In this document: positions 1-14,078 of the stretch, in pieces
Layout: each line of letters opens with the position of its first letter
How positions within the stretch are numbered: the first letter of the stretch is position 1
Assembly: GCF_006345805.1 (NCBI RefSeq)
Contig: NC_042997.1
Location: forward strand, 94,612,001 to 94,676,000
Reading direction: 5' to 3'
Origin: Octopus sinensis
Taxonomy: Eukaryota
Length of the DNA: 64,000 nt
Position numbers and translations under genes: made by a program
Notes under the pieces: model-generated
Told to the model about the DNA's origin: nothing
The model's input: the letters and a program-made list of their open reading frames with translations, nothing else
The model's database searches: none

Positions 1-290
1 ATGGTTTTGGATTCAGTTCACTGAGTGACACCTTGGGCAAGTGACTTCTGCTAAAAACTAGGACCGACCAAAGGCTTGTGGGTGGATTTTGTTGACGAAA
101 ACTGAAGGAAGCCTGTTGTATTTATATATGTGTATATAGGTATGTGTGTCTGTTTTGTCCTCCCATATTAGTTGACAACCGGAATTGGTGTGTTTATATA
201 TCCGTAATTTAGAGGTTACGATAGAATATGTGTGAGTGTGAGTGAGTGTATAAAAACTTGTGTCTGACAAAGATAGGACTCCCAACTTAA
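1..290 (+). mobile_element. SINE family A, decayed 5'-truncated copy
   Basis: Matches the intact copy at 51690-52100 (caccttgggcaagtg...gaccaaag..ttgtg.gtggattt..t.gacg.aaactgaa.gaagcc). Confidence 0.7.
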
Positions 291-641
291 ATTATAATAA
301 TGCCAAATTCAAGGTGTTACTACCTAAATAAAATATGTATTTGAATATGTAGTACTAAGTTTCAATTTCATAGCATCTACCAGACAGAAGCATTTGCTAA
401 CGTCTTATTCAGGGTTAATATCTCTACTGGTTTTTTGGCGGTTGTTTTGAGTTACTTTGATGTACATATATTCTCTTGATACAGATTCGATCCTTTATAT
501 CCTGGTTAGTGATTGTTAGTGTTTTGGCACAAAACCGCTTGTGTCATGAGGTATATAATTTGCTTGATGTATGACATACAGTCTTCGTTTTTATACACAA
601 AATACCTTCTCTCTATATCTCTCTCACTCTCTCTCGCTTTC

Positions 642-694
<53 letters not shown>

Positions 695-700
<6 letters not shown>

Positions 701-825
701 TTTATAGAAGGAGCTTCTACAGGACTAGAACTGTTACATTCAAATGAAATCATCAGGAAGCTCCTGATGATTTCATTTGAATGAAACAGTCCTAGTCCTG
801 TAGAAGCTCTTTCTATAAAATAAAT
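695..825. repeat. 131-bp palindrome with about 63-bp arms carrying hammerhead-like motifs on both strands (PLE-derived foldback)
   Basis: Position-by-position pairing 695-757 with 763-825 shows 3 mismatches; centre is aagct. Confidence 0.9.
758..808 (+). ncRNA. Type I hammerhead ribozyme-like motif
   Basis: CTGATGA 764-770, short helix II ttc/gaa, GAAA 783-786, helix III CAG/CTG, GTA triplet 800-802, helix I agctc/gaagct with 1 bulge; T.T at 10.1/11.1 is non-canonical. Confidence 0.6.
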
Positions 826-892
826 TAATTTACTCTGCTATGTATTGAGTACCTTATTTACTGTGGTTAACCCCGACTCAACCCGGGACTAC

Positions 893-924
<32 letters not shown>

Positions 925-1027
925 TATTATATATATATATATATATAATATATTTTATATATATATACAGATATATATATATATATGTATATATATATAT
1001 GTATGTATACAAAGATAGATTTTTTTA

Positions 1028-1215
1028 TTTTGATTGTTTCAGTCATCTGAGTCCGACCATGCTGGAGCACCGCCTTATTCAAACAAATCAACTACACCAC
1101 TTAATCTTTGTAAACCTAGTATTTATTCCACGTTTGCTGAATGCTGAGATACGGAGAGGTAAAGACATCAACATCGGTTGTCAGGTGATGGGGGATCAAA
1201 CTCAGGCACATAAAA
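1028..1215 (-). mobile_element. SINE family A, 3' half
   Basis: tgtttcagtcat.tga...g.ccatgctggagcaccgcctt and catcggttgtca match 51715-51880. Confidence 0.7.
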
Positions 1216-1218
1216 ATA

Positions 1219-1255
<37 letters not shown>

Positions 1256-1267
1256 CATACATGTTTT

Positions 1268-1326
<59 letters not shown>

Positions 1327-1583
1327 TATATATATGCATATCTATATATATATATATATGTACGTATGTATGTATATATGTAAGTATGTGCGTGTAATAT
1401 ATATGTATATATATACCCATACATACACATCTATGCATACATGTACATCTTCACAGAGCGTATTAAATATATATCTGCGTATATATTGGGTATATACGTA
1501 TACGTATACATATAAATAAACATACATATAAATTATATATATATAAGCAAATACACACACATACATATAAACATATATGTATA

Positions 1584-1665
<82 letters not shown>

Positions 1666-2368
1666 CATACATACATAAATTTATATATTGTAGATGTGAG
1701 TATGTGTATATATATCAAATAATCAACATTACGCCATATTTATATGTGCATGTAGCTCCCATCCTTCCTTTTAGTGATATCATTAATTCAGCGTTACAAG
1801 CCTGATGACATTTAAAATTACTATCGCTTTCAAAGGAGAAAAATTCTAAATGGAATTTTCTCCATAAACACAACGGTAGCTAAAGCGTTGCGTTGTTTAC
1901 ACAGCGTCCACATTGTCAACGAAAGTGGCAATCGTTACATACATATTTCAATTACTCATGCATCATAGACACCACAATTAATGCATTGAAAATTTTTCTC
2001 CAGTTAGAGAGTAAATATCACATACACAAGATTAAATGAAGTTTAAAACCTAATGAATTAACTTTCAAATTTATGATCATCATAAAATCTTACGGCAACA
2101 TTGATTTTTCAATGAATAGATTACATTTTGCATGAAAAATGTTTGTGGGGTTGAAGATAATCGTTCTAAAATCTGCGTAAAGCTATTAAATTCTGATGTT
2201 AATCAGTTCAATAAAACGGAGATGATTTACAAAATCTGTTTTTAGAAAATAAAATTAAAATATAAGTTTTCATGCCTAAAATCATAACAAGATCAGACCA
2301 AACCTTTTCGGTGGTATTGTTAGCATACGGATGATATAAATGTCATCCGTATTTTTACATACATACGA

Positions 2369-2406
<38 letters not shown>

Positions 2407-2496
2407 ATATATATATATATTATTTGAGATAATAAAATCCAAACTTACAAGGAAAAAGAATTCAATTTATAAATACTAAATCTAATTCCAAAATAT

Positions 2497-2785
2497 AATA
2501 TATATAAAATATTAGAAAAAACCCACCTTTTATCAATTCAAAATGAATAATTAAATTACACCATATAGAAAATTACATAAATAGAAAAGTTAAAATTAAA
2601 ATAACAATTAAAAAGTGAAGATTAAGTAAATTACAAAAATAATATAATTTACTTAATCTTTACTTTTTAATTGTTATTTTAATTTTAACTTTTCTATTTA
2701 TGTAATTTTCTAGATGGTGTAATTTAATTATTCATTTTGAACTGATTAAAGGTGTTTTTTTTTTGCTAATATTTTATATATATAT
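2497..2785. repeat. AT-rich foldback palindrome, arms about 140 bp
   Basis: Left arm 2497-2633 is the near-exact reverse complement of 2645-2785; loop about 11 nt. Confidence 0.85.
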
Positions 2786-3237
2786 GCACGCACAACACGC
2801 ACACAATCAAAAAACACACACGCACGCACACACACACACTCACACACACACACACGCACGCACACAAGCTTTGAGTTCTCAACTTCCAATTGAGTCATTA
2901 AGGGAGTAGCTGTGACATATAGTACATCATCTTTCTCCGTCTGACACTGTTGTTCACGGAAAGCACCGGTTCTCGCAAAGGATTTGTCTATGAATTCTTT
3001 GATTCTGTATTTTCCTATTTCTTCTTTTCGTATCGCTCTCTTTCGTCATTCACGTTTCTCTAATGAACGGTTTTTGCAAGGTCACTGGATTTTGTTAGAT
3101 AGTCACTAAAATTTGGTTTTTCCTTCCAAGCTATATGTTTATATATTTCCTAGTAGAATTGCAGTGAGCTATCAACAATTAACCACCAACAACGGTGAAA
3201 ATTATTATTCAATGAAGGAGTAGATTTTATTGTAGAC

Positions 3238-3282
3238 TTCGTTTTCACGTAATTCGTTTTCACCGAATTCGTTTTCACGTAA
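3238..3282. repeat. 3 x 15-bp tandem repeat (ttcgttttcacgtaa)
   Basis: Three adjacent units read directly; the middle unit differs at 2 positions. Confidence 0.8.
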
Positions 3283-4199
3283 CTCGTGTGACAGCCACAA
3301 TCTCACTGATGTTTTACACAACAGAAGCTTTATTTGTTTGCATGTGTCTACTGTTTTATTTACCGAATTTTGAGTTGTTGACGATGATTGTCGTTGCTTC
3401 TTTTGAGCAAGTATCTTGTATTCACTATTTAATTTTCATGTGTGTTCCATTTCTGTAGGTTTGACGAGTTTTCATTTTCCAAGTTTGTGCCTGTACAGTC
3501 TTTACTTATCGATTTCGTTATTATTTTCTGTTCCATGAAAGCTACTATTTTGTTCGCTTCATTAATAAGTACAAATTGTCTTCATATGTCAAATCGCCAA
3601 TATATATTTGCAAGCAAAATGAATATTGATATTGTGATTTCATTTTTCTAATAATCTTATTCTCCGTCTGCCATATTTTTAAGTCTACATTGTTTCATTG
3701 TGCTTTGTATTATTATTCTGAATTTGTAATTTTTATCCTTCATTTATTAGTTATTGCTTCAACAAAACTATATTGCGTTTCTGATTTGAATTTGCAAGTA
3801 TCTGATCATCACATAGTGTTCAAATTCCATTCTTTAAATATTTTTTGGACCATTAATGGTTTTCTGCATTTATTCTGTAGGGGGGTGCAGTGTTTATTTG
3901 TAGCTGATGTCTCCAAAGTTTTCCTTTCCTTGAATTAATGAGTTGTGTAAATTGTTTATGACCCAGTTGAATTTGGAATTCTCCCAACTCCAGTGATATT
4001 TCTCTTACTAAGAAAAAAGATTCTTCAGCTGCTAGTAGGCCTTAGTTATAAAATCAATTTGTTTTAATTTCTACAATGTGATACTAAATTCATTTTGGAT
4101 GATGAGGAAGCATATTCATTTCATAATATTCCTGCAGCAAACATTGTAGCAGATGCTTGTCCTGAAACCATTAATGCAGTTGGAGTAAAATATCATCGG

Positions 4200-5120
4200 A
4201 CATATTCCTTTATGTCGCAGGTATGATGCACTCGAAACGATGCAGGGAACGATTGAAATGGTTGAGGTTTCAGCCTTCGAAATTCTTACACTTTTTGGGG
4301 CGAATGTTTTCAGCGCTATATTCTAGTTAGAGCAATTTTACTCTCTGCATGCCTGTTCATTGGAACAAAACGATAGAAGTCTAAGGATACTAATTCAGGT
4401 GAGTAGGGAGTTTTTACAGAGCTTTTCATCCGAAAGCGGAGGTTGCAATCCATGTTCTGTAGCTTGAATGGGGCCTGGCGTTGTCGTATTAAAGAGAAAA
4501 TGTCCAGAATCAAATTTGGTCTTAATCGGCGGATTCTTGTTTTAAATGATATCAATATATGCTTCACAGTTGATTGTTTCTACTCTTGGCAAGAAATCGA
4601 CAAAAACAAGAGAATTAATAATCCTAAAGTCAGAAGCTGACTCTTCCGATTGAACTTATTTGTTTTGGAGACGTCGAAAGATGTCATTCAATGTATTATA
4701 CTCTTGATTCTGGATCATAATGATGACTCCAAGATTCATCACCAGATATAAGACTTTGAAAGAAATGCTTTGAACTCTTTTATTGAGTTCAAAGTATTTC
4801 AGAGCCAGATAACCAATTGAGTGATGTGTTCATAATTCAGTTGTTCTAGTAACCTACGGGTACACACTTCTCAATATCCAAGTACCTCAACCATGTCGTG
4901 AGCACTACAATGGCTAGCGCCAAACTATGATGTCAACACCTCAATGTTCATGCGCCTATCAACTCGAATTTTGCTTTTACTTCTTTGACAGGATTGAAAG
5001 AAGTTGCAGGGCGGCCAGTTCGAGACATTCTTACAAAGCTTGAATTTTGCAATTCTGTTTTGTAGGCTGAATTTAAAGTTAGACAACGATAAGATCTTCA
5101 CAGTCTAATCTTTTATATAG
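4200..5120 (-). mobile_element. Decayed mariner transposase remnant
   Basis: Minus-strand frames give SLISGDESWSHHYDPES (first catalytic D) and TPYSPELVSLDFYRF (PYSPDLAP motif). Confidence 0.7.
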
Positions 5121-5593
5121 TACACATGTTTCTGTTTTTGTGAATATTTAGAGGAATTTGTCTTTCGGTAAAAAGGAACTGATTTACTATTTTTTGTATC
5201 ACAAGGACTTCCAGCGAGGCAGACATTTATTCACATGTCTTAAAAAGAAAACACAATTAATTACAAATGAAGAATACATGTACCTGTACATCTATATCTA
5301 ATAAAGAATAACTTCATTGCAAAATGCAACACATACGCCAAAACTTAACAAGATGATATAACTCTGGATTGTAATGGGCTCTCTTTGGCTGTCCACATAT
5401 TTTTCTCTCCTTGTTTCTCTCCTTGTTTTTTTTTTCTGTGTCCCTTTCTGTAGAAGAGCCTAGGCTCGAAACGTAAAATACTTTTTCTATTCCTGAGCGT
5501 TATACTAATACATCTGTATGTTTTGTACACCACCTGTCCTCTTCTTTTGTTTATTTCGTAAAATCTCCATATATATATTATATATATATATAT

Positions 5594-5641
<48 letters not shown>

Positions 5642-5670
5642 TATATACATATATACATACTATATATTTC

Positions 5671-5711
<41 letters not shown>

Positions 5712-5834
5712 TGGCCAGATTGGAGCAATCTCGAGTATAACCAGCCGGAATTGTAATGATAATCTGGAACTCGATTGAGGAAAAAAACTCCGAATGACCC
5801 GTCCTTATTTTCTTTGTATCGTCTATCACATTTT

Positions 5835-5885
<51 letters not shown>

Positions 5886-6197
5886 CACGCACGCACACAC
5901 ACATACATATAAATGCTCATGTTTTTATACTTGACACGCTTACTGTAAGTCAAGACCATTATTTATGTATTTTCTTGTATATCTGTGTAAAATCCAGTAT
6001 AACTGGAAAAATAAACATGGATTTAGAATATTGAATGGTGCTGAACTATAACTTAGGACCCTGCCACAGGAATATGGTGGCTTGTTTACCAATTTAAACA
6101 ATATTGTTAGCCTGGTGTACTAAAAGAGACCTAAATAAATTCTCTTGCTTGGATACGTAGTCCCTCAGTAATAACTCTTTCTCTCACTCTCTCTCTC

Positions 6198-6259
<62 letters not shown>

Positions 6260-6750
6260 TCTCTAACTCTATCTATCTATATAGGTATATACATACACAC
6301 AGGGGTGTGCATAGATGTGTTTTCTGTATGTCATAAAAAAAAACAAGAGGTAACATTGTACATTGGATACGGTAGGAAACTTGTATTCGGTACTTTTAGT
6401 TTTATTCGATGATCACAGAACTGACAGCGCACTGTATTTGCTTTAGAGGAAATGGATATAGTAAAATGCAAATTTAAGATAACCGATACATAAATTTTGG
6501 GAAAATAATACCAGAAAATATAATGTGCTTTGATGTTGAGGTTGTATGAAATAATGAGTATATTTTTACAGAAAAAGATAATATGAATTTCTTCAAATGG
6601 ATGTAATCTTCAAATACTGACACGCTAACTCACATACAAACCTGTACAAATACGAATACATCCAACATGTACACATACATACATACATACACATGTATAT
6701 ATACATGTGTATATATATGTATATACATACATATACATATATATATTTTA

Positions 6751-6822
<72 letters not shown>

Positions 6823-7073
6823 GTCTGTGCGTGTGCATATAAATTCATATATATATTTATGTGTGTGTGTGTGCATGTGCAATATATCTATCTATGTTAT
6901 GTCTATGTAATCTTTCTAAATCCCACCATACACGCATACACATACACCCAGTATATACACCCTATATAACCCAATACTCAGATACCATCTTGGACACCGA
7001 GCTATTCGTGCGTGTGTTCCTGTGTATGTGTGTGTGCGTGCATGCATGCTCTATGTATGTATGTGTACATATG

Positions 7074-7109
<36 letters not shown>

Positions 7110-7117
7110 ATGAGATT

Positions 7118-7258
7118 CTTTCAGTTTCATTAGCCCAATTCACTCAAAGGGCTTTTGTCAACCCTAGGAACTCACGTGTCCTAGCTGCTACGCACCGCGA
7201 TTGAACCCGGAACCATGTGGCTGGTAAGCAAACTTCTTACCACACAGCAACGCCCATT
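7118..7258 (-). mobile_element. SINE family A, 5' half
   Basis: ttgaacccggaaccatgtggctggtaagcaaacttcttaccacacagc matches 52040-52090. Confidence 0.75.
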
Positions 7259-8161
7259 TATATATTTTATGCCTACATATATGCGATGTACTTAATAATA
7301 GAGAAAGGAAACTTCAAAAACTGAGAAAAAGTCTGCTTATATTTTACAATGTATGGAAGAGAAAGACAAAAGATGGCGAAAAAGAAAACAAGAGTTGAGT
7401 ATAAATATATATTGAGATAATATATACAGATGAAACTAATTTCCAGAGGCATTGAAAGCGAACCAGTAGTGAGACCATGCGTAAATTGAGAGGGTTGCAA
7501 AGTACAGATCACTGATTTATATCAATGCATAATAGAAATAACAGTAAATTTGCAGAGATGGGCTTATGTAATTCCGTGTTATGCTATAGCCGGGTGTGTG
7601 TATGTGTGTGTGTGTGCTTTATGTATGGGTGTCTGTGTGTAATGGTCGTGGATATACGCCAATGGAACAAAATACATTGAAATATAAATTTCTCGAGTGA
7701 CGAGAAAATATATGAAAGAACTACAAATACGAAAAATGGCAAAAGAATGGATAGATTTGCAAGTATGACCAGGAGCCAAAATGAATGAAGTGAAGCGTGA
7801 TTGTCAAGCATCGCTACGGAGGCTCATTATTATACAAATTATGTGATGTACAAGGAAACGTGTTTCGAAGCAATATAGCATCCATATACCCATAAGTATC
7901 AGTACGTACACTCACATATATTAAACTCACCCACATTGAGCAAAAGCAGATACATATTGCCTCACAAGCTGATAAACATCTCTCACACATAAAGTGACGC
8001 GTATATTACATGCATGTAATACAAACAGCCACATAAATTTACATATACAAGTGTTTCAATATACATATACATGGATACAACAGAACTGGTGAAGCATACG
8101 ATTTTGTAACAGACTCTACTGCGATTTTTTTAACCATTGCTGCCAGATTATTGGATGGAGC

Positions 8162-8666
8162 GCTACATCGTTAACCAGCTAGAGGAGGTGTTCCTTGAGG
8201 TTAAAAAATAGCAGTAAAGCCCGTTCGAACGGACAGCCATGCTGAAGTGACTACGAATATTACTTGTCCATACAACTACTGAGTTGATCTCTTAGATTTT
8301 AGAACTAGCATTTTTGCTTGTTGGAAAATCAGAGATTGTGTTCGCTTGAAAGATATATATTGCAAGTAGAGGCGAGCTACTGCCACCTCTGGCAGACAAT
8401 GTTTCCAGTGCCGAAGAGTGCCAGATATAGCCCGAAGCCAGGACTGGTCTACTGGTTCCGTAGCTAGAAGGTGGTATGGGTTCGGTCACCTGCTCGCAAT
8501 TTATCGGATGTAGCTCTGCATCGTTAACTAGCTAGCGGAGGTGCCCCCTTGGGATTAAAAAGTCGCAGTAGAGCCCGTTTGAACGGACAGTCATGTTAAA
8601 GCGGCTACTATTATTACTTGTCAGTACGACTACTGCATTGATCTCTTAGAGAGATTTTACAACTAA
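8162..8666. repeat. Pair of about 150-bp diverged direct repeats (8162-8307, 8513-8666) around a 200-bp GC-richer core
   Basis: Shared catcgttaac.agctag.ggaggtg...gcagta.agcccgtt.gaacggacag.catg...attacttgtc...ttgatctcttaga. Confidence 0.75.
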
Positions 8667-9289
8667 ATTGTATACACACACACACACTAGACTAGCGCAA
8701 GTGAGATGCGCTGAATGCACTTGAAAAAACCTATGGAAAAAATTACTTCACAGCGTGGTTACGAACGGTCTTTTACGAAATATTTACCGTATTTTTAAAC
8801 ACATTTTCACTATAAAATATTTTTTAGATATGGCAAAAAATATTTGTAATGATGTTCACTTGACATAAATTTTAAAAAATATCAAAATATTATCTGTTCG
8901 AAGACAGCTAAATTATATATACTTACCGTACAAACAACACTACATTTTTGAAATCACATTTATTTAAAATTACCACTAAATGAATAAAATATTGTGCCTA
9001 CTAACAAAAGCGAAAATATAGAAATTTACTGTAAAAAACAAATTATATATTTCCGTTGTCAAGTCACTGTGTCTAATCGAAAGGTTAGAGTTTCTTCCCT
9101 TTCAGGGTTAAGTTATTTTCGGAGAATTTTCCCTTTATGCACCGGTTCGGGTATTTATACTCCGAAAATCCTAATATCTCTACAACCATTTGTCCCATTT
9201 ATGCGAAGCTTGTTTCATTCTGTTCATAATATTTTCCGATATTATGCGTCACTTTGACTGGGTAACATTGCAACCAAGCAAGCTCACTT

Positions 9290-9827
9290 TTAACCCCTTA
9301 CCCAACAAATATTTTGATAATAAATGTATTTTTTCAGACATATTTTTTAATTGTTTTATTTTACTATGTTTTGAATGGTGATTTCGAGGTATATTTCAAA
9401 CCTTATTTATTATGAATTTTAATTCAATAATATTGATTTTAAATTACCGCTTTGGGCAGAAACGAGTTAACCCGTTTTTTTCATAAATCATATTACTTTT
9501 ACAAAAAATCATGTTATTTTATTTGGTTAACGACATGGTGGGGTTATAATATAAAGGTATAAAAAAACAACGTAAAATCAAAGTGAATACTTCTATTCAT
9601 AAAATGTGCCTTCCAACCCTTCGACTGTCTCCAGGTGACTAAATCATACTCGGTCTTCAATGCCTTACTCAAGCGAAAGGTGGCAGAAATCGTCACTGCC
9701 AGACGTATAAAGTGAGCGAATATACTCGTATATGTCAAAAAAGAGTTTATAATAGACAAAGGACTCGTTAGAAAAAAACGATTTCGGTCAAAACGCATAT
9801 ATTCGTTTCTGCCGGGTAAGGGGTTAA
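9290..9827. mobile_element. piggyBac-like non-autonomous element (MITE)
   Basis: TTAA at 9290-9293 and 9824-9827 flanking inverted ends ccccttaccc / gggtaagggg. Confidence 0.6.
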
Positions 9828-10002
<175 letters not shown>

Positions 10003-10706
10003 TAAGTGGTTAATAGAAAATCTATTATTGGCAATACATTTTTGAGAGGATTTCAAAATATAGCCAGTAAGCACTAAATAGATACTCCGGGTATGAGAGC
10101 TTTTAACATTATCCGTAAAATGACGTCTCTTATAAGAAAATTTATACAAACGGTTTCCTTTTTGTTTAAGACATTAGCTGACTATATACGTTTCTTTGTG
10201 TGTGTTTTGAATTTATTAAATATTCTAACGTGTGCTTCACTGGAAAATTTCATGCAATTTAATACGATTAACACAGCAATGATAATGAACAAAATACACA
10301 GCCTACAATTTTACAGCACGAGCTTGAAACATTCCTCTCCTCGGCGAAAAACCTCTGTAATTACGCATCAGTTAACATACCACCTTTCTATTTTCCTACC
10401 TTCCACAAATGCAAAAACGACTTAGGATAACAGTGTTGAAAGTTTGATAATTATAATGAAACAATTTTATACAAAAAATATATAACTATACACGCATACT
10501 ACACATGTGCATAGCCATATGTAATATACAGTCACACATACATTAATATTATATAAACCTTTACATACACACATTTGTCTATGCTTTTGTATTGCTATTG
10601 TATATATGTATCTGTGTGCACACACACGCAGACATGTACACACACACACATACACACACACACACACATACACACACACACATACACACACACACACACA
10701 CACACA

Positions 10707-10741
<35 letters not shown>

Positions 10742-11709
10742 ATTGTTGTGACATCGCATGTTATGGGCATTTCTTTTGGCTACCAGAACCCATACTTCTC
10801 CATGACAATTTCTTTCAGGACAAGAAGCAAATAAACGGAGACAAAGAAAGAGGGAGGGAATGTATGCAATCGATCTTAGTACAAGAGTAGCTGTTTATTC
10901 ATGCGCCTTGAAAGGTTGAAAAATAAACTTCGCTGCGTGATTTGAATTCAGTGTGCAGAGAACCGGAACGATTACGTCAAAGCAATCTATTTGCCACTAA
11001 GGCTCCAATTGCACACATGTCAATTTAAATCATGCAGTAGCATAGCGATGAATCAATGAACACTTGATTGAGTAACGTCATAGTATCATCTATCACGCTT
11101 ACTACAAATAACTGTAAGCTACTATCATTGTTGTGGTCAGTAAATATGTAACCGATCTCTGATGAAGCTGGCACAGACATAAAAATTATTTGAATCTTAG
11201 CTGTTCTTTTTTCACACCACGACGTGTATTAACCTTTAAATTTTCGTTTCACAGTTGGGATGCACTAAATGCTTACCAATTTCTGTCATTCTATCATATA
11301 TACGTGTACGAATGAATAAATATAAAAAAATAATAGTAAATAATCGGTTTACTACTAAATATAAAGACATAAAATAACAAAACTGCCTCAGTCGGACTGT
11401 GACAGAAGCAATAATAATGAATACAGGAATATACTATTCCTTTATTTGATATGCTTCTTATTTATGAATTCTTGGTATAGTGAAAGATAACCAGTTTCAT
11501 TTTTTTATTTCATACACAGATTCTTACATATTACACAATTAAGACATTAAGAAGATAACAACAAATTTAATTTTAAGATGTCTACCATTGATTATTGGAC
11601 ATCTCAAAAAATAGCTCATAGATATGTCTGGTAGTTAACTTAGCTATTGTTATCGAAGAAGCGATTATACATTAGTTATACATTAGCTAATGATTTATGT
11701 CAGAACCTT

Positions 11710-11766
<57 letters not shown>

Positions 11767-12507
11767 CAAACATACAAATACACACACACACAGGCACACA
11801 CCCTCATGCATATGTGTGTGTGTGTGTGTGTGTACAGTCACACTTAGTAACGATTAAATTTTTCCTTTATGGTATCACATTGCGCCTACCTCTTAATATT
11901 AATGTATATATATATATATATATCTGTGTGTGTATATATATACATACATACACACACATATATATATATATATGTATATATATAATATATATATATATAT
12001 ATACACAGCAACACATTTTCACATTGACGCATGTTTATGTCTACCAAATTTTTGAAAACTCTTTCAGTTAGTAAAGTTAGTGTAAATTTATGTCCAATTA
12101 AAATAGCTTCAAATAATTTCATATATGAATTCCAGCCTTCTTTCATGTAGGAATTATAACATTGTAGAAAATGTATAATGGTACCAGAGTGATTAAAGTG
12201 ATTTGCTGTACTTAAAACCTACAGACAAACTTTGAAAGAGAAAGAAGCAGAACATTTTGAAATACACTATGTAAGCCAAGAAAAAAAATTTTTTACAGCA
12301 TAGTATAAAAAATGGCTTATAATGGATGAATTTGCTAAACTATTTAATGCCCCCCACACACGCACATACACATATAGGCTTATGTATATATATATACTTA
12401 TATATATACTTATATATTTGCGTATACATATGTATACGTATATGTATATATACACATACCTATATATATACTTCATAAATATATTCATATATATAGAAAC
12501 ATATCTA

Positions 12508-12578
<71 letters not shown>

Positions 12579-12899
12579 ATGTGTGTGTGTATGTGTGTGT
12601 GTGCGTGTGTTTGGGCGTGTGTGTGTTGTCGGTATAACTTGATAATCTGAGAGCCACTATACATTTATAATCTATAAAATACATATTTCAATTTCACCAT
12701 GTGACCATAAAAAAATTTATGTACACACACATACGCTCTCACACATGCAGATACACTCACCAGTACCTACCTACCAACTGTTACCTACAAGTTACCTACC
12801 TGTCTACCTACCAAGTTACCTACCTGTCTACCTATATAGATACGTGCATGCTCTCTTACATACATACATACATACATACTTTCCTGGACACAGTTATTT

Positions 12900-13290
12900 A
12901 ATACTTAAATAAAAAGTCGGCATTTGAAATATTGGTGGAAAATTCTCATTGAAACGGCTACGAAGGCCTAACATAAAAGATGCGATATAGTTGTTCAGGA
13001 GAAACAAGAAATGTACGTAACGACATACAAGTCAGCTGCTCTGTTGATGTGAAAAGCTACGGACGACTGCTTCGAAAACTTCAGTTTCTATACAAAGATG
13101 ATAAAATCAGATTTATACCAATAAAAATTAGTGCACTTGGTTTACTGAGTAAATGCCTAAATGGGGATATGAAATAACTATGGCGATTCCAAAGGCAACA
13201 GTAAACATATAACAGGTATTGCTCTGATTCAGAGTATCTGTGTTGCGTGTATTCCGAAAATGGAGCTTCGTATCTTTGTTAGAAAGCGCA
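12900..13290 (+). mobile_element. Remnant restriction-like endonuclease (REL) domain of an R4/Dong-type LINE
   Basis: Frames give CDIVVQEK (RPDIV-like) and KLQFLYKDDKIRFIPIKISALG (IPI.IGALG), resembling the C-terminus of the 27706 ORF. Confidence 0.55.
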
Positions 13291-13445
13291 AAGAGTTCTA
13301 ATAATGTAATATAAGACGAGACATACCTATATATATATGTATATATAATGGAGTTTTATCATGGTTACCGAATAATTGTCACATTTTATATTTCCGGATA
13401 AATTCCTCTACATAGTATCGACGTCTCTTTCATTCTTTCACACAA

Positions 13446-13477
<32 letters not shown>

Positions 13478-13487
13478 TGATAGAAAT

Positions 13488-13812
13488 GGCAACAGTGTCG
13501 AGCTTACGATCGTGAGGTTGAGAGTTCGAATCCCGGACCGGGCTGCGTGTTGCATTCTTGAGCAAGACACTTTATTTCACGTTGCTCCAGTTCACTCAGC
13601 TGTAGAAATATGTTGCGACATCACAGGCGCCAAGCTTTATTGGCATTTGCCTTTCCCTTGGATAACACTGGTGGCGTGGAGAGGGGAGGACTGTATGCAT
13701 AGGCGACTACTGGTCTTCCATGAACAACCTTCCCCAGACTTATGCCTGGAAAGGTTACTTTCTAGGTGCAATCCCATGTAATCCCATGATCAGTCATGAC
13801 CGAAGAGCGACT
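13488..13812 (+). mobile_element. SINE family C (tRNA-derived head)
   Basis: B box gagttcgaatcc followed by cttgagcaagacactttatttcacgttgctccagt.cactcagctg, shared with 36137. Confidence 0.75.
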
Positions 13813-13817
13813 GAGAT

Positions 13818-13861
<44 letters not shown>

Positions 13862-14037
13862 GTGTATGTGTGCGTGTGTGTGTGTGTTTAATGAGAGACG
13901 AAAGATGGAAGATACGAGAATTTTTAGTAATCACTACAATTGATTTGGCACATCTAACATTGTTTCTGCTATCTCATTAACCAAATACATAAACATACCA
14001 GTAAGCTACCAGGTATAAACCAATTCGTTTATCTATC

Positions 14038-14078
<41 letters not shown>

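Noticed and set aside
10093-10425. 110-aa ORF
   Set aside because: Hydrophobic AT-rich composition typical of chance ORFs; no domain or splice support.
11150-11215. CTGATGA motif
   Set aside because: No downstream GAAA, helix III or helix I partner.
13368-13390. ccgaataattgtc resembling GAAAC-AATT-GTC
   Set aside because: Degenerate 3' half only; no CTGANGA or helix I found.
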